58,830 nt of DNA from a virus (lineage: Duplodnaviria > Caudoviricetes), in the IMG/VR virus record IMGVR_UViG_3300021344_000002, positions 1 to 58,830 of that record; one strand, given 5' to 3'. Shown here piece by piece: positions 1 to 9,330 of this stretch. Within the stretch, counting starts at the first letter, position 1, and every line of letters begins with the position of its first letter. The notes beneath the pieces were generated by a model, which was given only the letters and a program-made list of their open reading frames with translations, did not search any database and was not told the DNA's origin. The position numbers and the translations under genes are program-made.

Positions 1-126
1 TCGCTGAAGTTCCACGAGGAAGTCGAGGAGCGCAATAAGATTCTCGCTATGGCTATTGTGCTCATTGAAAGTTTAGATGATGGCAGGGACAGCCGTTAGA
101 AGCGGAGAGAGATTCTATGTTTTTCC
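1..126. repeat. Terminal direct repeat, left copy (circularity/assembly overlap)
   Basis: 1-126 is identical to 58697-58822. Confidence 0.95.
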
Positions 127-836
127 AAGAAGCAATCGTAGCCACACCGGCCTCGCACGCCAGGGAGGTGATCAAGGATAGGTTTGACCAGCAGCGCAAT
201 GGTCGTCGCTGCTGGTCAAACCGCGACACAAGAATACTATTTCACGTGTTTTTTCTTATGGATGGGCAAAAGGATCATCTGCGACTTTGCGAGATGCTCC
301 ATGTATCAGAAGATGATGTGCGGCATGCCATTGTTTTCTTAAAAGATGAGCGCCTCGTGACTATTGAGGTGCATGGTAAGGAAAAGGAGCAGGCAGTGGG
401 AGAACTCAATACCGCGTTGCTCAGTCAGAGTTTCGATGAGATGAAAGATGACGGCGAGGTGATTACCAAGAAGTTCTACGAGATCTTCTTTCGAAAAGGT
501 CGAGAAACCTTTTCCACCAATGAGATAGGGGATCTCTTTGCTGGTGTAGACGCGCAGCAGCAATATGTCGCTTTCTGGGGCGCTCTGGCATTCGTCATGG
601 CAGGGGTACTTGCCGGGAAAAATGTTGTCGGGGATCTGCAAAGTTTAGGAGCGCGTCATACCGGCTACCGCGTAAAGCCGGGCTACTATGGCATTGCTGG
701 CGCGGCGTTGATCGATACGTTTCAGTGGTATTACACTGACTATCGAGGTTTACCCTGGAGGCAAGAATTGCGGGATGCCTGGGTGGGGGCTTATACGCTT
801 GTCGCTGGCGTCATGGTAGGAGCTGCAGGAGAGTGA
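117..836 (+). CDS. N-terminal winged-HTH-like domain fused to a globin domain
   Basis: C-terminal ~140 aa has globin hallmarks: FY (B10), LF (CD1), QQ (E7), LGARH (proximal His F8), YRVKPGYY, AALIDT, AWVGAY. N-terminus LCEMLHVSEDDVRHAIVFLKDERLV is HTH-like. Confidence 0.8.
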   Translation: MFFQEAIVATPASHAREVIKDRFDQQRNGRRCWSNRDTRILFHVFFLMDGQKDHLRLCEMLHVSEDDVRHAIVFLKDERLVTIEVHGKEKEQAVGELNTALLSQSFDEMKDDGEVITKKFYEIFFRKGRETFSTNEIGDLFAGVDAQQQYVAFWGALAFVMAGVLAGKNVVGDLQSLGARHTGYRVKPGYYGIAGAALIDTFQWYYTDYRGLPWRQELRDAWVGAYTLVAGVMVGAAGE

Positions 837-1132
837 GCGTGAAGAAGGCAACATCCGACAAATTGGCAGAGGCACTGATTCACGCAAAGGCTCCGCAAAT
901 TATGATAGAGCGTGCTCGCAGCGGAATGTACGATGATTTCAAGTCTGACTTACCGTTGCCGCTGCATGCCCTGGTCGACGATGCCAAACAATACCACCTC
1001 AACAATATCGCACTCAGAGCCATGAACGGTGAATTTGATGCTGAGCAGTGGGAAGCAGATGCATGGGCGATCAGTGCAGAGGGACAAGAAGCATTTCAAC
1101 AGATTCTACATGAAGGCCACGAGAAATCATGA
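833..1132 (+). CDS. Hypothetical protein
   Basis: Overlapping start/stop (GTGA) with the upstream gene; operon-like packing. Confidence 0.7.
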   Translation: MSVKKATSDKLAEALIHAKAPQIMIERARSGMYDDFKSDLPLPLHALVDDAKQYHLNNIALRAMNGEFDAEQWEADAWAISAEGQEAFQQILHEGHEKS

Positions 1133-1341
1133 GCTATGAACACGTCACTGTCAAGGGTGTCACACTTCGCCAGCTAGACCGGCATGAAACATCTAGTGGC
1201 ATCAAGGCTGCTGTCTATGTCGTCATTGCCGACGGCAGTGGTCTCATTATCTATAATGGTGAATCAGTGACGTTTGACAGTCCGACCTCGGCTCTTGCTG
1301 AATGGCTGCGTTGGATCGAGGCCCAGATGCTCTTTAGTTGA
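1129..1341 (+). CDS. Hypothetical protein
   Basis: ATGA overlap with the previous gene. Confidence 0.65.
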   Translation: MSYEHVTVKGVTLRQLDRHETSSGIKAAVYVVIADGSGLIIYNGESVTFDSPTSALAEWLRWIEAQMLFS

Positions 1342-1357
1342 TTCTAGTTCTCAAAGA

Positions 1358-1372
1358 AAGGGGTACCAGCCA
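1358..1372 (+). promoter_or_regulatory. Start-associated motif AAGGGGTACCAGCCA (copy 1 of 7)
   Basis: Exact 15-mer, 3 nt before ATG at 1376. Confidence 0.8.
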
Positions 1373-1375
1373 ACT

Positions 1376-1867
1376 ATGAATAATCCTACAGTACTTGATG
1401 ATACCGTAAAGCGTGCAGTTGTACCGCTGGCAGCAAGCCGCGCCGTGAATGCTCCGATTGATGCGCCGCTACTGGAGTTTCCGCAGTTGTACATCATTGC
1501 ACCGGCACCAGAAGGGTACCTACCCACGGAACAAGAGATCAGCGAACTGCGACGCGAAGTAGAATCTCTTGATGATGACGAGTACATGCCGGCCACCGTG
1601 CCGCTCTCACAGAGCAGTGTCGCCATGTATCACTTAGAAACAGCATCGGCGTATGTGTTTGATGCGTGGGTCGCTGCCATCTGCTCAGGTGGCATTGTGT
1701 TTGATTTTGCGATGGTGGCGCGTCTGGTCTGCATTGACCGATCCCGCTGGTCGCTGAAAGAGAAATGGTGGATGATCAACGCCCTGGCATTAAGTGGCCT
1801 TAAACTCCCGTTGTATAGTCGCGCAGAGGCGCTGGTGGCATTGATTGACATGGAGGTGGCGCAATGA
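1376..1867 (+). CDS. Hypothetical protein (start revised to 1376)
   Basis: ATG after the SD-like motif; in frame with ORF 1274..1867. Confidence 0.65.
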   Translation: MNNPTVLDDTVKRAVVPLAASRAVNAPIDAPLLEFPQLYIIAPAPEGYLPTEQEISELRREVESLDDDEYMPATVPLSQSSVAMYHLETASAYVFDAWVAAICSGGIVFDFAMVARLVCIDRSRWSLKEKWWMINALALSGLKLPLYSRAEALVALIDMEVAQ

Positions 1868-2334
1868 GCAGTGAGTTTGAGGAGATCTGCAATAAGTTTC
1901 AAGAGTTCATTGGCTGGCCCTGGCAGTACTACATTCTCGATGAGCAGGGCCAACCGGTGCCGACCAATGACCTTTATGCTATCGGGCGGTTGCTTGGTAA
2001 TATCAAAGCGCGCAAAGTTGCTGAGACACATTTTGTGTTTCGCGGCTTGCCTGTTGGGATAAGCACCAGGAACACGGTGCTCAACCATGCGCATGGGCCA
2101 TGTGCAGAGCCGGTGCTATGGGAAACGATGGTCTTTACACGAAGCCCGCACCTCGACGGCCTCTGCCAGCGCTACACCAGCAAATGTGCGGCAATATATG
2201 GGCACAACTGGCTCGTTGCCCATTGCTATCGCTATCTACGCACACACCGCCCTATCAGCAATCGCCGCGCCCTTGTTGCGGAACGTCGTGCGCAGCGTGG
2301 TCAGAGTGTGGCAAGGAAGGGCGTGGCGCGATGA
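1864..2334 (+). CDS. Phage hypothetical protein
   Basis: SD GGAGG; P.LWETMVF...RY.S...A..GH pattern recalled from small phage proteins. Confidence 0.7.
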   Translation: MSSEFEEICNKFQEFIGWPWQYYILDEQGQPVPTNDLYAIGRLLGNIKARKVAETHFVFRGLPVGISTRNTVLNHAHGPCAEPVLWETMVFTRSPHLDGLCQRYTSKCAAIYGHNWLVAHCYRYLRTHRPISNRRALVAERRAQRGQSVARKGVAR

Positions 2335-2702
2335 TCGATACATTGATTGCCTGGGTCGTGGTGCTCTGCCGCATTAGCACGGTGCTTCCTATTGCTGTAT
2401 TGGTGTATGCAGTGCGGCAGCGTGTGCGACATGGCGTGAAAATAGCTACCTGGTTCCTCTTTTGGGCAGCATTGAACACTGTGCTCAACGTTCCGCTTCA
2501 ATGGTTCCAAGGCCCGGTGTGGCTCCACATGCTCATCTTTGCTTTCTGGACTGTATCGCTGATGATCTGTGTCTTCGTCGGTCTCAAAGAATTCGAGGAA
2601 TTGGCCGTGCAGGTCGCAGTCATCCGGATCTTGAAGCAGGTCGTCAGAGCTTCGAGTGCCAATATAGAGATAGTGGAGAAGGAGGAGAGCATCAGTGAGT
2701 AG
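2331..2702 (+). CDS. Membrane protein (3 predicted TM segments)
   Basis: Hydrophobic stretches; ATGA overlap. Confidence 0.6.
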   Translation: MIDTLIAWVVVLCRISTVLPIAVLVYAVRQRVRHGVKIATWFLFWAALNTVLNVPLQWFQGPVWLHMLIFAFWTVSLMICVFVGLKEFEELAVQVAVIRILKQVVRASSANIEIVEKEESISE

Positions 2703-3704
2703 TGCTAAATGCGACGACGTGACGACAAATAATATTGCTGAGATGTCCAATGAAGACATCAATATCCTTGTTGAGCAACATCTTTTTCGATCTAAGAAAT
2801 GGTGTGATGGTCGCCTCTGCGATTTTACCCATAATTTGCTCTTTTCCTGAAGCATATTGTGCCGATCCATCTGGCTTTTTTCCTGGCTTTATATTGCAGA
2901 GGTAAAGCCAGGAGTGAAGCCAGATATTGGCAGTGATTCTGATTTGTGAGCCATATCATGGCAGTAAATCATTTCATGGCCTTTTTGAGGTTTGCAGTGC
3001 TCCTGCCTCTGCTTTTTGCAGCCAATATATGCAGCACATGTCATCAGATGGCTCATAGATTTGAGCCTGTTTGATGCCAAGCGCAGTTCGCAGGCGCTTC
3101 CAAAGGGCGCTGTACACATCGACTCAAATTGCTTCGTGAGGGATATTGTGGCAGCAGATCTCTCTACCAAAGACGCGAACAGGCACATCAGGACGCGCCT
3201 ACTGATCTTGACAACAGTTTTATCTCATGCGCGGCAGAGACCAGGCCAGGACCGCTTTTGTACAACAGTCACGACGCAAATTGGTCTGTGAACCATAAAG
3301 TGCCGATACGCTTGTGAAGCATGAGTTGGCCCAAATTGCCAATATATGGATAAGTTTTCAGCCTCGAATATCACTATGCCTGCGCTAGTACCCACGCAGG
3401 ACATGGTACCGGTACGGCTTACTGGCAATGTGATGAGTGCGGAGCCATCATTCGCCATACGGTCACCAGGCATCATAGTCGCACGGTGCCTGACTACTCC
3501 TGTAACATGTCCCTGGCCTGGCGCATCGTCGAGCGACTCAGGACACTCGATGATCTCACTCAGATGCATTTTGAGCTGTGCATGATGCCGCAGTATCACT
3601 GTAGTGTCATCCGTATCGCTCCGCGTATGGTCGCAATAGCTGCTCTACAGGCTCTCAATATCATCGATCTGGCGGGCTATGTTGTCGTCGAGGGGACACA
3701 ATGA
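2695..3704 (+). pseudogene. Phage ABA-sandwich-like gene interrupted by a 543-bp insertion
   Basis: 5' part (..EDINILVEQHLF..WCDGRL) and 3' part (EYHY..CDECG..PDYSCNMSLAWRIVERL..APRMVAIAALQAL) join in frame when 2818-3365 is removed. Confidence 0.65.
2818..3360. mobile_element. Non-autonomous TG...CA element (MITE-like) with 5-bp target duplication GCCTC
   Basis: GCCTC at 2813-2817 and 3361-3365; ends TG/CA; imperfect TIR (14/21 ungapped); no convincing ORF. Confidence 0.65.
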
Positions 3705-3820
3705 AGACAGTGAAGCGCTATGCCGTCATAGCAGCCTTTGTAGTGGCGTTTCTGGCCTGGGTGGCCTTTGTGTTCGTTGTGCTCTGCGTCGTGTGGTGGT
3801 GGCTCAATCTGACGCCTTGA
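3701..3820 (+). CDS. Small single-TM peptide (39 aa)
   Basis: MKTVKRYAVIAAFVVAFLAWVAFVFVVLCVVWWWLNLTP; SD GAGGGG; ATGA overlap. Confidence 0.5.
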   Translation: MKTVKRYAVIAAFVVAFLAWVAFVFVVLCVVWWWLNLTP

Positions 3821-3883
3821 CGTGGACTCGCAATGCTCCATAATGAGCGCATTGAATTGTGGAACGTTGCTCAAATTTTCACA

Positions 3884-3920
3884 ACAGAGGCCGCTACGAT
3901 CAACTCGTAGCGGCCTCTGT
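3884..3920. terminator. Hairpin terminator between convergent operons
   Basis: 16-bp perfect stem ACAGAGGCCGCTACGA/TCGTAGCGGCCTCTGT. Confidence 0.7.
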
Positions 3921-3942
3921 GCATTCTGTGCATTCTGTGAAG

Positions 3943-4215
3943 CTACCGCATGCAGCACCCCTGGGCTTTCCACCCAGGGCAGTCGTCGCAACTGATCCTC
4001 GCTCTTCCTCTCAGTGCACCCCGCGATAACGGCGCACTCCATCGCGCTCCAGGCTCTCCATCGCATACATGGACGATCTCACCATATTCGGGTTTGAGCG
4101 CTGCCTCTTTGAAAGCGCTGGCCCATTCCTCGCCCTCATAGATGATCAGGTCGTCGGCGACCACCAGGTGAACAGGCTGTGATTGTTCGGTGTTACTCTG
4201 TTGCTGCTGGCTCAT
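3943..4215 (-). CDS. Hypothetical protein, Cys-rich C-terminus
   Basis: SD GGAGG before MSQQQQ. Confidence 0.5.
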   Translation of the reverse strand: MSQQQQSNTEQSQPVHLVVADDLIIYEGEEWASAFKEAALKPEYGEIVHVCDGEPGARWSAPLSRGALRGRARISCDDCPGWKAQGCCMR

Positions 4216-4513
4216 CAGTGCCCTCCTCCGTGGTGATATGGAGGGCGAGGGCGCTGGTGCCACGGCCCGGGTCGTAGATTTGCCTGAATGCGGCACCGTC
4301 AGGGAGCGTAACGCACCATCGCTCACTGGCAACTTTGGCGATTCGTTCCCTCGTGGTTCCCGCTGGCAGTGTAACGGTTGTGCGGAATCCTTCGCCTTCA
4401 ATACGAGCTTCAACGATACATCCATGATGTACCAGGAATACCTCGGCCTCTGGAATGATCGCTGCTGCAATGAAGATCTTCATCGGTGGTGGTTGTACTG
4501 GCTCTTCCATCAT
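4193..4513 (-). CDS. Hypothetical protein
   Basis: SD GAGGGG; protein-like composition. Confidence 0.55.
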   Translation of the reverse strand: MMEEPVQPPPMKIFIAAAIIPEAEVFLVHHGCIVEARIEGEGFRTTVTLPAGTTRERIAKVASERWCVTLPDGAAFRQIYDPGRGTSALALHITTEEGTDEPAATE

Positions 4514-4685
4514 GGCTTCCCCCTCGCACTTCCATCAGTGTGATAGTAATACTTCCCACGTGTGTTACTATTCCGGCAAATTTTGCAGTAAAAGCCTCGT
4601 TGATCGCCGGTTACTTGATTGTTGGGCTTTGACTCTCTGCCGCAGCATTCACAATAGTGCACAGTTGCACTTTCACGTTTCATCC

Positions 4686-4922
4686 TTACCTCACAATGCT
4701 CTCATAAATATTCACGGTCACCTCTTTTGCTTGCTGTTCACCGATGAGGTTACTAAGTTGACCGGTACAGTGGTCAATATGCTTATAGCGCCGCTCAATA
4801 CTGGCATGGCTTGCGACGGTTGCCGAGCCGTTCATTGCTCTTTCCAGTGCCTCACATTCAAGAGCAATGCTGACCCGGAGCGCTGCAACCTCGCTGACAT
4901 TGGTAATGGTCTCTGTAATCAT
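4686..4922 (-). CDS. Small helical protein (SEVAALR..IALE..H..I type, recalled from Ktedonobacteria)
   Basis: Preceded by start-associated motif variant AAGGGGTACCGGCCA (4926-4940). Confidence 0.65.
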   Translation of the reverse strand: MITETITNVSEVAALRVSIALECEALERAMNGSATVASHASIERRYKHIDHCTGQLSNLIGEQQAKEVTVNIYESIVR

Positions 4923-5218
4923 GATTGGCCGGTACCCCTTCAGTATCTGGGAAATAAACGATGATTTCTAAAGGTGCGCAGCCGAGGCAGACAAACGGCA
5001 TAGAGTCAGCACTGTGCTCGGCTGCGCGAGGTTCGGGACGGTGTACGTCGTGATGGAGGGTCGAAGCTCTATCAACATCTACACCCTTGTTGCAGTGTTT
5101 GCAAAACAACAAGATCTACTTGAAGTGTAGAGCGTAAAAGTGATATCATCAAGGAACAAAGTGTTCCTAAAAGAGGAACAGAGTGTTAATAAGCAACCAG
5201 TGAAATAAGAAGGTAGAT

Positions 5219-6385
5219 ATGGTAGAACTGGATAACAATGCATTCGGAAAACTGATAAAGTCTTTCCGAGAGCAACGAGGCTTGTCGCAAGGGAAGCTTG
5301 CAGAGAAATGGGGTCATACACGAGAATATGTGTCCCAGATAGAGCGAGGAAAGCGGAAACTGGATAAACAAGAGCAGATCAATCGCCTTGCCGATATCTT
5401 AGGAATCCCACCTGAGAGGCTAGATGCTATCGGTAAAGGGATGCCACAACGGCAAGCCTTTGCTGAGCACCCTTCTGATGCTGATGATATTCTTCTCCAG
5501 ACCTTATTAGAGCCGTCGCTCGCAACTGTTAAACTGTCCTGGCTGCTCTGGCTGGCTGATGGGAAAAACGTTGCTATTGTCGAGAATCTAGCAGACTTAA
5601 CTGCCAGGCTGGAGGACGCGCTTACAAGACATCATGGTCAGTTCATGAGACCTGCACAAAAAGTCCTTGCATATGCTCATGAGATGCTAGGAAAGATCGC
5701 TTTTGACCAACTTCGCTATACCGACGCAATGGGGCATTTTCAGGAGATGCTCGATTTAGGTGAAGAGGTACGAGATCCGAATATCATCTCGTTGGCACAC
5801 ATTCATCGGGCTGATATCTTGCGGAAGCGAGGACGCTACGAGACAGCTATCAAGGTGCTTGATGCCATCCGGCCCATTGTCGATACTGCGAGCGAACACG
5901 TTCAGGGGATCCGTTGGCAGATTCTTGCAAGGGCACACTCCGTCTATGGGCGGGAGGATCTATTTTTAAAAGCAATAGACAATGCTGAAGCTATCGCCAC
6001 CGACACCAAAGAAACGATAGACACACAATACAATCAGTTCAATCTGGTAGAAGTGCTTCAAGAGCGAGCACAGGGCTATACTATGCTCTGGCAACCAGAG
6101 AAAGCCCTGGAGATCTATCCTCAGACAGACAAACTCAAGCCATTTCGCCCCATGCGTGAAATGGGTTCGTACATGATCATTAAGGCGCAGGCTCATACTT
6201 ACAGCGGGGATCTCGCAAAAGGAATAGCATTGGCTGTCCAGGGTGTTGAATTGGCGCAAGGCTACGGTTCTCAGCGACATATTAGCCGGGTGCAGGCAAT
6301 GCACGATAGACTCAGGGTGACGAAACTGGGAAGAAATGGTCACATGAAGGATCTCAAAGACGCGTTGATGAGTGTACAGAAGTGA
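5219..6385 (+). CDS. XRE-family HTH regulator with TPR-like C-terminal helical region
   Basis: FGKLIKSFREQRGLSQGKLAEKWGHTREYVSQIERGKR; repeated helical A/L/G patterns. Confidence 0.85.
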   Translation: MVELDNNAFGKLIKSFREQRGLSQGKLAEKWGHTREYVSQIERGKRKLDKQEQINRLADILGIPPERLDAIGKGMPQRQAFAEHPSDADDILLQTLLEPSLATVKLSWLLWLADGKNVAIVENLADLTARLEDALTRHHGQFMRPAQKVLAYAHEMLGKIAFDQLRYTDAMGHFQEMLDLGEEVRDPNIISLAHIHRADILRKRGRYETAIKVLDAIRPIVDTASEHVQGIRWQILARAHSVYGREDLFLKAIDNAEAIATDTKETIDTQYNQFNLVEVLQERAQGYTMLWQPEKALEIYPQTDKLKPFRPMREMGSYMIIKAQAHTYSGDLAKGIALAVQGVELAQGYGSQRHISRVQAMHDRLRVTKLGRNGHMKDLKDALMSVQK

Positions 6386-6903
6386 AACGAGTTGTCTATG
6401 TCATAAGCTGCGGCACACCAAATGCACAGCAACTCTATGAGCTTGTACCTCTGCTCCAATCCGCCAAATGGGATGTATGCGTCATCCTAACACCCTATGC
6501 CACCAGGTTTGTAGACCAGGAGCGCCTTGTGCAATTGACAGGCCATCCGGTACGTAGCGAGTATAAGCGTCCGGAAGATCCTGATGTACTCCCTCCCGCT
6601 GATGCCCTGCTGGTCTATCCCGCCACTTTTAACACAATCAATAAATGGGCGATGGGCATCAGTGATACACTTGCACTTGGCTTGCTTTGTGAATTCACCG
6701 GGTTGCAGTTGCCTATCCTCGCTATTCCCGTGGTGCGCGGGGGTAAACTGGCTGCACATCCAGCATTCCCGCGAAGTCTGCGTCTGCTGAGACGATATGG
6801 TGTGCATGTGCTCTATGATACTGAGAAATATCCTCCCAGGAATGAGCTGCCTAGCGAGGTCATCCTTGAAGAATTGCAAAGGATGATGGACATCCTTCAC
6901 TAA
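6382..6903 (+). CDS. HFCD-superfamily flavoprotein (CoaC/EpiD-like fold)
   Basis: VILTPYATRF, PATFNTINKWAMGISDT, HPAF motifs. Confidence 0.85.
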   Translation: MKRVVYVISCGTPNAQQLYELVPLLQSAKWDVCVILTPYATRFVDQERLVQLTGHPVRSEYKRPEDPDVLPPADALLVYPATFNTINKWAMGISDTLALGLLCEFTGLQLPILAIPVVRGGKLAAHPAFPRSLRLLRRYGVHVLYDTEKYPPRNELPSEVILEELQRMMDILH

Positions 6904-6942
6904 GCTGTAAGATCTCTACTCACTATGACGAGTGGGCAACGC

Positions 6943-7212
6943 CACAATAAAAAAGACCTTGATCTCTCCATATCCACATGGTATGATCTCAGTGAGATGG
7001 AGATATCACGGGAACGACATGGGCAAACTCTAGGATTCCGAACAGGCGCTGCTACTGATCGCACTAGCAGCGCCTGTTTGCGTGTGTTGGCCGACGATAT
7101 GTTATACTGATCATGACCTTTCTACGATGCATGCTGTGTGTTTTTCTGTACGAGCCTTGCCGCGCACAGCATGCCCTCAACGTCTCTGCACAATAAAAAA
7201 GACCTTGATCTC
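6943..7212 (+). repeat. 24-bp direct repeat CACAATAAAAAAGACCTTGATCTC, 2 copies
   Basis: 6943-6966 and 7189-7212. Confidence 0.9.
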
Positions 7213-7476
7213 CCTAATAACTCTGACCTCACTGGATTGCGCTGTACCTGCAGGGTGTGTTATACTTTTGTGGTAGGATCGCAAGGTCTACCTGAAGACA
7301 TAAGAGCAGCAGCCCCTGGATACATTGGTGATGATATGCACCCGGAATGTCCAGGGGTTGTTGTTTGTGCTATGATGATCGTGACTTGCCTGTGGTTGTG
7401 TACAATAATTGCGTGAGTTTTCATACTGCAAGTCGCTATAGCCCTGCAGGACCCCCTGGACAGGGCTACGTTTTTG
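6959..7476 (+). ncRNA. Cluster of 3-4 putative promoter-to-hairpin small RNA units
   Basis: TTGATC-17-TATGAT (6959-6987) then hairpin 7041-7078; TGnTATACT 7100-7108 then hairpin 7129-7174; TTGCGC-18-TATACT (7237-7266) then hairpins 7272-7292 and 7306-7364; TATGAT/TACAAT then hairpin 7439-7468. Confidence 0.45.
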
Positions 7477-7480
7477 CTCA

Positions 7481-7963
7481 TCAATGCCAGTACAGCGTGC
7501 GGCCCTCACCTCCATCGTCTGGACACGCTCCCCCATTGCCAACATTGACGCCTCCTAGATGGCTGTAGAGGCCGTCATTGCATTGCACGACAAAGCCCCT
7601 GGTGTCATCCCAGAAACCAGCGACGCACTTGAAGTACTGCTCATTGCAGAAGCTAGGATCTGGGTCATAGATCAGATTGCCGGTGTTGTCGAAGTCATAG
7701 CCCCAGGGATTCCCGTTGGTCCCCTTAATCGGTGTGGCAGTGCTCTCGTAGAACCTGGCCTGTGTTGAGGAACCAGCACCAGTAGCGGTATTGCTGTAGG
7801 TAGGGTTCGTCGTTGTGGCGATGTCTACAGTGCTGCTCTCCGGGTTCTTGGTGTTGAACATTGGTAAGATCAAGGCTAACACGACAACGCCAATGATAAT
7901 GCTGATGACAATGAGGCCATCGCGCCTCTTTTGCTGCGGTGTCTTCTGTGGTGGTTGATACAT
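7481..7963 (-). CDS. Membrane-anchored exported Cys-rich protein (GNPWGYDF motif)
   Basis: N-terminal TM, S/T-rich linker, CNDG..S..GG..GAC..GG tail. Confidence 0.7.
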   Translation of the reverse strand: MYQPPQKTPQQKRRDGLIVISIIIGVVVLALILPMFNTKNPESSTVDIATTTNPTYSNTATGAGSSTQARFYESTATPIKGTNGNPWGYDFDNTGNLIYDPDPSFCNEQYFKCVAGFWDDTRGFVVQCNDGLYSHLGGVNVGNGGACPDDGGEGRTLYWH

Positions 7964-8130
7964 CGATGAATCCTCTCTGATAATGATAATCATTCTTTGT
8001 GTAGTACAATGCTAGAGATATAATCCAATCAAGAAGTATAGAAGAGATGAGGGAGAATTGGAAGAAGGAACAAGAGTTCATCGAAAGCAGAACTATGCTA
8101 GAATGATACAAACTATTTGAAAGGACTTCT

Positions 8131-8487
8131 ATGTCATCTCATGATTTAAAGCAGCGTTGTTATGACGCATTGAACAAACTTACTAAATGGAGAGCGGTAT
8201 TTGCCGGGTGGCAGCTCGGAACGCGATCAGACAGCGATCCTGAATGTAAGGCTGTGAAAGATCACCGGGAAGTGACAATCTTACTGCGAGTGGAGAATAC
8301 CGCGCTGCTCAGGTTGCTTGTTGAGAAGGGAATCTTCACAACTGAGGAATTTCAGCAAGCCACCATTGACGAGGCTGAACTACTCAACAAAGACTATGAG
8401 GCGCGTTTTCCTGGCATCAAAGCAACAGATATTGGCATGCAGTACGATAAGCGTGCAGGGGAAACGATGCGGCACTGGAAACCATAA
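8131..8487 (+). CDS. Hypothetical protein
   Basis: SD AAAGGA; upstream TGnTAGAAT. Confidence 0.7.
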   Translation: MSSHDLKQRCYDALNKLTKWRAVFAGWQLGTRSDSDPECKAVKDHREVTILLRVENTALLRLLVEKGIFTTEEFQQATIDEAELLNKDYEARFPGIKATDIGMQYDKRAGETMRHWKP

Positions 8488-8517
8488 GTCTTCGCTCGGT
8501 GTTCCCTCGATATCTAC

Positions 8518-8784
8518 GTGCTCTATGCATTCGGGGGAGTCGCCGTCGCCATAGCGATCCTGGCAATGATAATTGGATATTGCAGAGGCTATAGGAATCA
8601 CTCAGGGGTCTTTTCGTGCTTAGAAACGTCGCTGTTCATCGTGGTTGTTATGCCTTGCATTATAGCATGTGTGGCGATGTTTTGTGGCGATATGCTGGAT
8701 GCTGCGAGCTGCTTTGTGGCGGTGATCATTGTGGGTATGCTGTGGTTTGGGGTAACGATGGTGTACTTGGTGTTTGTGGTGTAA
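8518..8784 (+). CDS. Small multi-TM protein
   Basis: Three hydrophobic segments; weak RBS. Confidence 0.4.
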   Translation: MLYAFGGVAVAIAILAMIIGYCRGYRNHSGVFSCLETSLFIVVVMPCIIACVAMFCGDMLDAASCFVAVIIVGMLWFGVTMVYLVFVV

Positions 8785-8812
8785 ACAATGTTATTGCAAT
8801 GTTAACAATGTG

Positions 8813-9043
8813 TTACCCAGGGCGTTCTGGCTTCGTCCACTCAGGATGTCCGATGGCATCCATATAGTGTTTATGGATGGTCTGCAGCACGTGGTAGGCT
8901 CGTTGCCCACCAAGCTCTTCTCGTGGCGACGGAGATGCTTGGAGTTGACGCATGACCCAGGTCATCGCGAACTCGACCTCCATTGCATCGAAGTACTTCG
9001 GGACGGGGATAGTGAGGATTATCGTCGTGTCTGTGTCGCTCAT
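8813..9043 (-). CDS. Hypothetical protein
   Basis: SD GAGGAG; coupled operon. Confidence 0.6.
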   Translation of the reverse strand: MSDTDTTIILTIPVPKYFDAMEVEFAMTWVMRQLQASPSPREELGGQRAYHVLQTIHKHYMDAIGHPEWTKPERPG

Positions 9044-9330
9044 CGCAGCTCCTCTTTGTGTACGTCGCCAACATAGATCAGCGGTCCTAGCGTGAAAATC
9101 ACCGCTTTCCCTAAGTACGGTACCACCCTGACCTCACAGTCGTTCCTGACGTAGCCTGTAGTGCCTAGCGTGGTGTTCTCTCTGATGAACGCTGGCTTTG
9201 GCTCAACTACGACATAGCCAATGGATTTAACAGGAATATTTCGTTGCTGTAATTCGGCCATGATGCCCGGCCAATGTGGCAAATCAGCGGGCCAGATCGT
9301 TGCTGCCATTGCTTCTCTCAACTCACTCAC
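9040..9330 (-). CDS. Hypothetical protein
   Basis: Coupled operon downstream of the recombinase. Confidence 0.6.
   Translation of the reverse strand: MSELREAMAATIWPADLPHWPGIMAELQQRNIPVKSIGYVVVEPKPAFIRENTTLGTTGYVRNDCEVRVVPYLGKAVIFTLGPLIYVGDVHKEELR

Noticed and set aside
1-126. Physical terminal repeat of the virion DNA
   Set aside because: Length is close to a common assembler k-mer overlap and it falls mid-operon; most simply indicates circular assembly
2889-3599. Short ORFs within and around the 543-bp insertion
   Set aside because: No RBS or motifs; better explained as a non-coding element plus the interrupted gene
3943-6903. Lanthipeptide/AviCys RiPP cluster around the EpiD-like flavoprotein
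   Set aside because: No dehydratase or cyclase; the nearby Cys-rich ORF ends in CCMR, not a terminal Cys
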